NCBI RefSeq assembly: GCF_963921235.1
Contig: NC_086108.1
Span: 76,200,001-76,264,000, forward strand
Direction: 5' to 3'
Length of the DNA stretch: 64,000 nt
DNA from: Mobula hypostoma
Lineage: Eukaryota
How positions within the stretch are numbered: the first letter of the stretch is position 1; the number at the start of each line of letters is the position of its first letter. Positions 60,566 through 64,000 of this stretch are shown here, piece by piece. The notes beneath the pieces were generated by a model. It saw only the letters and a list, made by a program, of their open reading frames with translations. It was not told where the DNA came from and searched no databases. Both the position numbers and the translations under genes were made by a program.

Positions 60566-62470
60566 CTTTTCAGTGCAGAGGAGATTCAAAGGTGCACATT
60601 TTAGAGTAATACAATACGGAAACAGACCCTTTGCCACAATTCTTCCAAGATGCCCATATAGGCTCATTTTATTTAGCTGGCATGTTGAAAACAAAACTCT
60701 GCACTGGTATTCTGGTACCCAGGCAATGACCAAAATGGAGGTGAAGGACCTGCCACAGGAACAGGAATTTTGAGAGGCTAAACAGGCTGCTGTCAGTAGA
60801 ATGGGTCAAAAGTAATCACCAAGCAGAATCTGTCCAAAAATTAATAATAAATATTCTCCAGCTTGATTTTTTCCAAAATTGATTTCCCTTACTGTATAAA
60901 TAAACAACTTCGATTTTATTAAAACATTCATAACTTTTAGTTATAAATTCAAAAATTAGCATATTCACACCACATACTTTATAATATTAAACAATCCGAA
61001 GTCTATCTAATTATTCTAGTTATTTTATAAAATTCAAGGTAACACCATCAGCTGGCTTTCCCCCTCCCCTTCAACACCATAGTCATTATAAAACAATTTG
61101 ATTTGAGTAGTATCAACTTCATGAGCCAGTGCTAAATAAAATTTTTCAATTAAAACATGCCCCTTGCCCTTCATTGTGCCAAATAAGGAAAGTGGTTTTT
61201 GTGCTGGGGAGGAGGGTTAGGAAGGTAAAAGGATGACATTTCAATGTGTATCAATTGCTGGTAAAACCCCAACAAAATATTTTATTGAAAATTCCGGTAC
61301 AAGATTATTCCTGCTAATTACTTTGTTGAAAAAAATCTTTACAATTTCAGTAGTATTTCCAGTCCTTAATGCCTACACATTCAATCCAATAAAAAACTAA
61401 AAACTAGTTTAGTTGACTTCTTGCTGTTGAAAATATTTCTTGTCTGTAACTAAATCACACTCCTGTGAAGCAAAGGCGCATCTTCAGTTAAATAGATATG
61501 CAATGCTATAGCTGTAAAACTGAACAAATTTCCTTCCCATGATGATCGTCACCCACCATCATCATGAAACACACCCAGATTTAGGTTTTCATGGCTAAAT
61601 GTAGAATATGGTTGCTGCTCTGCCCCATAGTGAGTTTAGCAGCAATCTCAAAAGAGCATCTCTACTGAAAGGCGACATTTTCCAGTACCAATCTATCTAC
61701 ATGATGGTTTCTGAGAGGAATTTTCAATTCAGTAGCATTTAATATTAAAATAGGAGTAATCTTTGCTTTACAACAAGGTGCTATTTAATCATTACAAGGC
61801 TGGATTTTAACCAAAGGTAAAAAATCCTATCCTTTACCCACAGTATCGCCCATATCACTGCTTAGAATGCCTGCAGACAGTAAGGCTGTATTGCAAATCT
61901 CAAGAGTGCTTAGATGCTGTATTTCAATTCTAGCATTGACATTATTGGAAATAAAATATATAAGAAAGAGCAAAAATGTAGGTTGAAGTATGTTCAGGTT
62001 AGTTATCCAGACCAACCAAGTATATTGAATTGGCTACCCTATGATATGCAAGAATTGGCAACACGGTTCATGAACAGCTTTTCACACATATAAAAGTTGC
62101 TGGTGAACGCAGCAGGCCAGGCAGCATCTCTAGGAAGAGGTGCAGTCGACGTTTCAGACCGAGACCCTTTGTCAGGACTAACTGAAGGAAGAGTGAGTAA
62201 GGGATTTGAAAGTTGGAGGGGGAGGGGGAGATCCAAAATGATAGGAGAAGACAGGAGGGGGAGGGATGGAGCCAAGAGCTGGACAGGTGATCGGCAAAAG
62301 GGATACGAGAGGATCATGGAACAGGAGGTCCAGGAAGAAAGACAAGGGGGGGGACCCAGAGGTTGGGCAAGGGGTATATTTAGAGGGACAGAGGGAGAAA
62401 AAGGAGAGTGAGAGAAAGAATGTGTGTATAAAAATAAGTAACAGATGGGGTACGAGGGGGAGGTGGGGCA

Positions 62471-62727
62471 TTAGCGGAAGTTGGAGAAGTCAATGTTCAT
62501 GCCATCAGGTTGGAGGCTACCCAGATGGAATATAAGGTGTTGTTCCTCCAACCTGAGTGTGGCTTCATCTTTACAGTAGAGGAGGCCGTGGACAGACATG
62601 TCAGAATGGGAATGGGATGTGGAATTAAAATGTGTGGCAACTGGGAGATCCTGCTTTCTCTGGCTGACAGAGCGTAGGCGTTCAGCAAAGCGGTCTCCCA
62701 GTCTGCGTCGGGTCTCGCCAATATATA
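62471..62727 (-). pseudogene. PLE GIY-YIG endonuclease, C-terminal part
   Basis: YIGETRRRLGDRFAERLRSV...VATHFN...RLEEQHLIFHLGSLQPDGMNID. Confidence 0.92.
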
Positions 62728-64000
62728 CTCTCTGCTCTGCTCTCCACTTCCTCCACACTAATCCTAACATTATTAAACCCGCCGATAAGGGGGGTGCTGT
62801 TGTAGTCTGGCGTACTGAACTCTACCTTGCCGAGGCACAGCGACAACTCGCGGATACCTCCTCTTATTTACCCCTCGATCGTGACCCCACTAAGGAGCAC
62901 CAGGCCATTGTCTCCCACACCATCACCGACTTTATCCGCTCAGGGGATCTCCCATCCACTGCTACAAACCTTATAGTTCCCACACCTCGCACTTCCCGTT
63001 TCTGCCTCCTACCCAAGATCCACAAACCTGCCTGTCCTGGCCGACCTATCGTCTCAGCTTGCTCCTGCCCCACCGAACTCGTTTCTGCATACCTCGACAC
63101 GGTTTTATCCCGCCTTGTTCAATCCCTTCCTACCTATGTTCGTGACACTTCTCACGTTCTTAAACTTTTCGATGATTTTAAGTTCCCTGGCCCCCACCGC
63201 TTTATTTTCACCATGGATGTCCAGTCCCTATATACTTCCATCCCCCATCAGGAAGGTCTCAAAGCTCTACGCTTCCTTTTGGATTCCAGACCTAATCAGT
63301 TCCCCTCTACCACCACTCTGCTCCATCTAGCGGAATTAGTCCTTACTCTTAATAATTTCTCCTTTGGCTCCTCCCACTTCCTCCAAACTAAAGGTGTAGC
63401 TGTGGGCACCCGTATGGGTCCTAGCTATGCCTGCCTTTTTGTTGGGTTTGTGGAACAATCTATGTTCCGTGCCTATTCTGGTATCTGTCCCCCACTTTTC
63501 CTTCGCTACATCGACGACTGCATTGGCGCTGCTTCCTGCACACATGCAGAGCTCGTTGACTTTATTAACTTTGCCTCCAACTTTCACCCTGCCCTCGTTT
63601 ACCTGGTCCATTTCCGACACCTCCGTCCCCTTTCTAGATCTTTCTGTCTCTGTCTCTGGAGACAGCTTATCCACTGATGTCTACTATAAGCCTACTGACT
63701 CTCTCAGCTATCTCGACTATTCCTCTTCTCACCCTGTCTCTTGCAAAAACGCCATCCCCTTCTCGCAATTCCTCCGTCTCCACCGCATCTGCTCTCAGGA
63801 TGAGGCTTTTCATTCTAGGACGAGGGAGGTGTCTTCCTTTTTTAAAGAAAGGGGCTTCCCTTCCTCCACTATCAACTCTGCTCCTAAACGCATCTCCCTC
63901 ATTTCACGTACATCTGCTCTCACTCCATCCTCCCGCCACCCCACTAGGAATAGGGTTCCCCTGGTCCTCACCTACCATCCCACCAGCCTCCGGGTCCAAC
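62728..64000 (+). pseudogene. PLE reverse transcriptase (partial, one frameshift near 63597)
   Basis: IIKPADKGGAVVVW, LPKIHK, GRPIVS, MDVQSLYTSIP, GVAVGTRMGPSYA, RYIDD (YIDD at 63507-63518); after the shift, PFLDL, VYYKPTD, YLDYSSSHP, PLVLTYHP. Confidence 0.95.

Larger units (their letters stand above)
62083..64000. mobile_element. Penelope-like retroelement: inverted 3' copy (62083-62727, minus) joined to a 5'-truncated body (plus), running off the window
   Basis: Minus: YIGETRRRLGDRFAE...THFN...NIDFSNFR*, UTR and hammerhead at 62144-62179. Plus: RT from about 62728. Confidence 0.95.

Noticed and set aside
62598..62727. N-terminus of the 359-aa ORF
   Set aside because: It is antisense GIY-YIG sequence read through the inversion junction; the real RT similarity starts near 62728.

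Overview
Eukaryotic, repeat-rich, apparently non-coding DNA. The repeat families (CR1 LINEs with an esterase ORF1, Penelope-like elements, Rex1/Babar, RTE, V- and Deu-type SINEs, a fish-type Tc1) point to a cartilaginous fish; this is inference. I could not identify any host protein-coding exon, and the long ORFs are transposon-derived. Main contents: (1) a nested CR1 cluster at 10.1-18.2 kb, including a near full-length CR1 whose ORF1 can be rebuilt; (2) about ten Penelope-like element (PLE) termini carrying a minimal hammerhead ribozyme motif, several as palindromic insertions with ~13-bp target-site duplications (TSDs), plus a PLE reverse transcriptase at the right edge; (3) a solo LTR, a composite Tc1 derivative, an unclassified DNA element with asymmetric terminal repeats and a 47-bp minisatellite; (4) an inverted repeat in unique-looking sequence with a perfect 51-bp core whose arms bracket the CR1 cluster. 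Boundaries of degenerate repeats are approximate, and family names come from motif recognition, not database searches.
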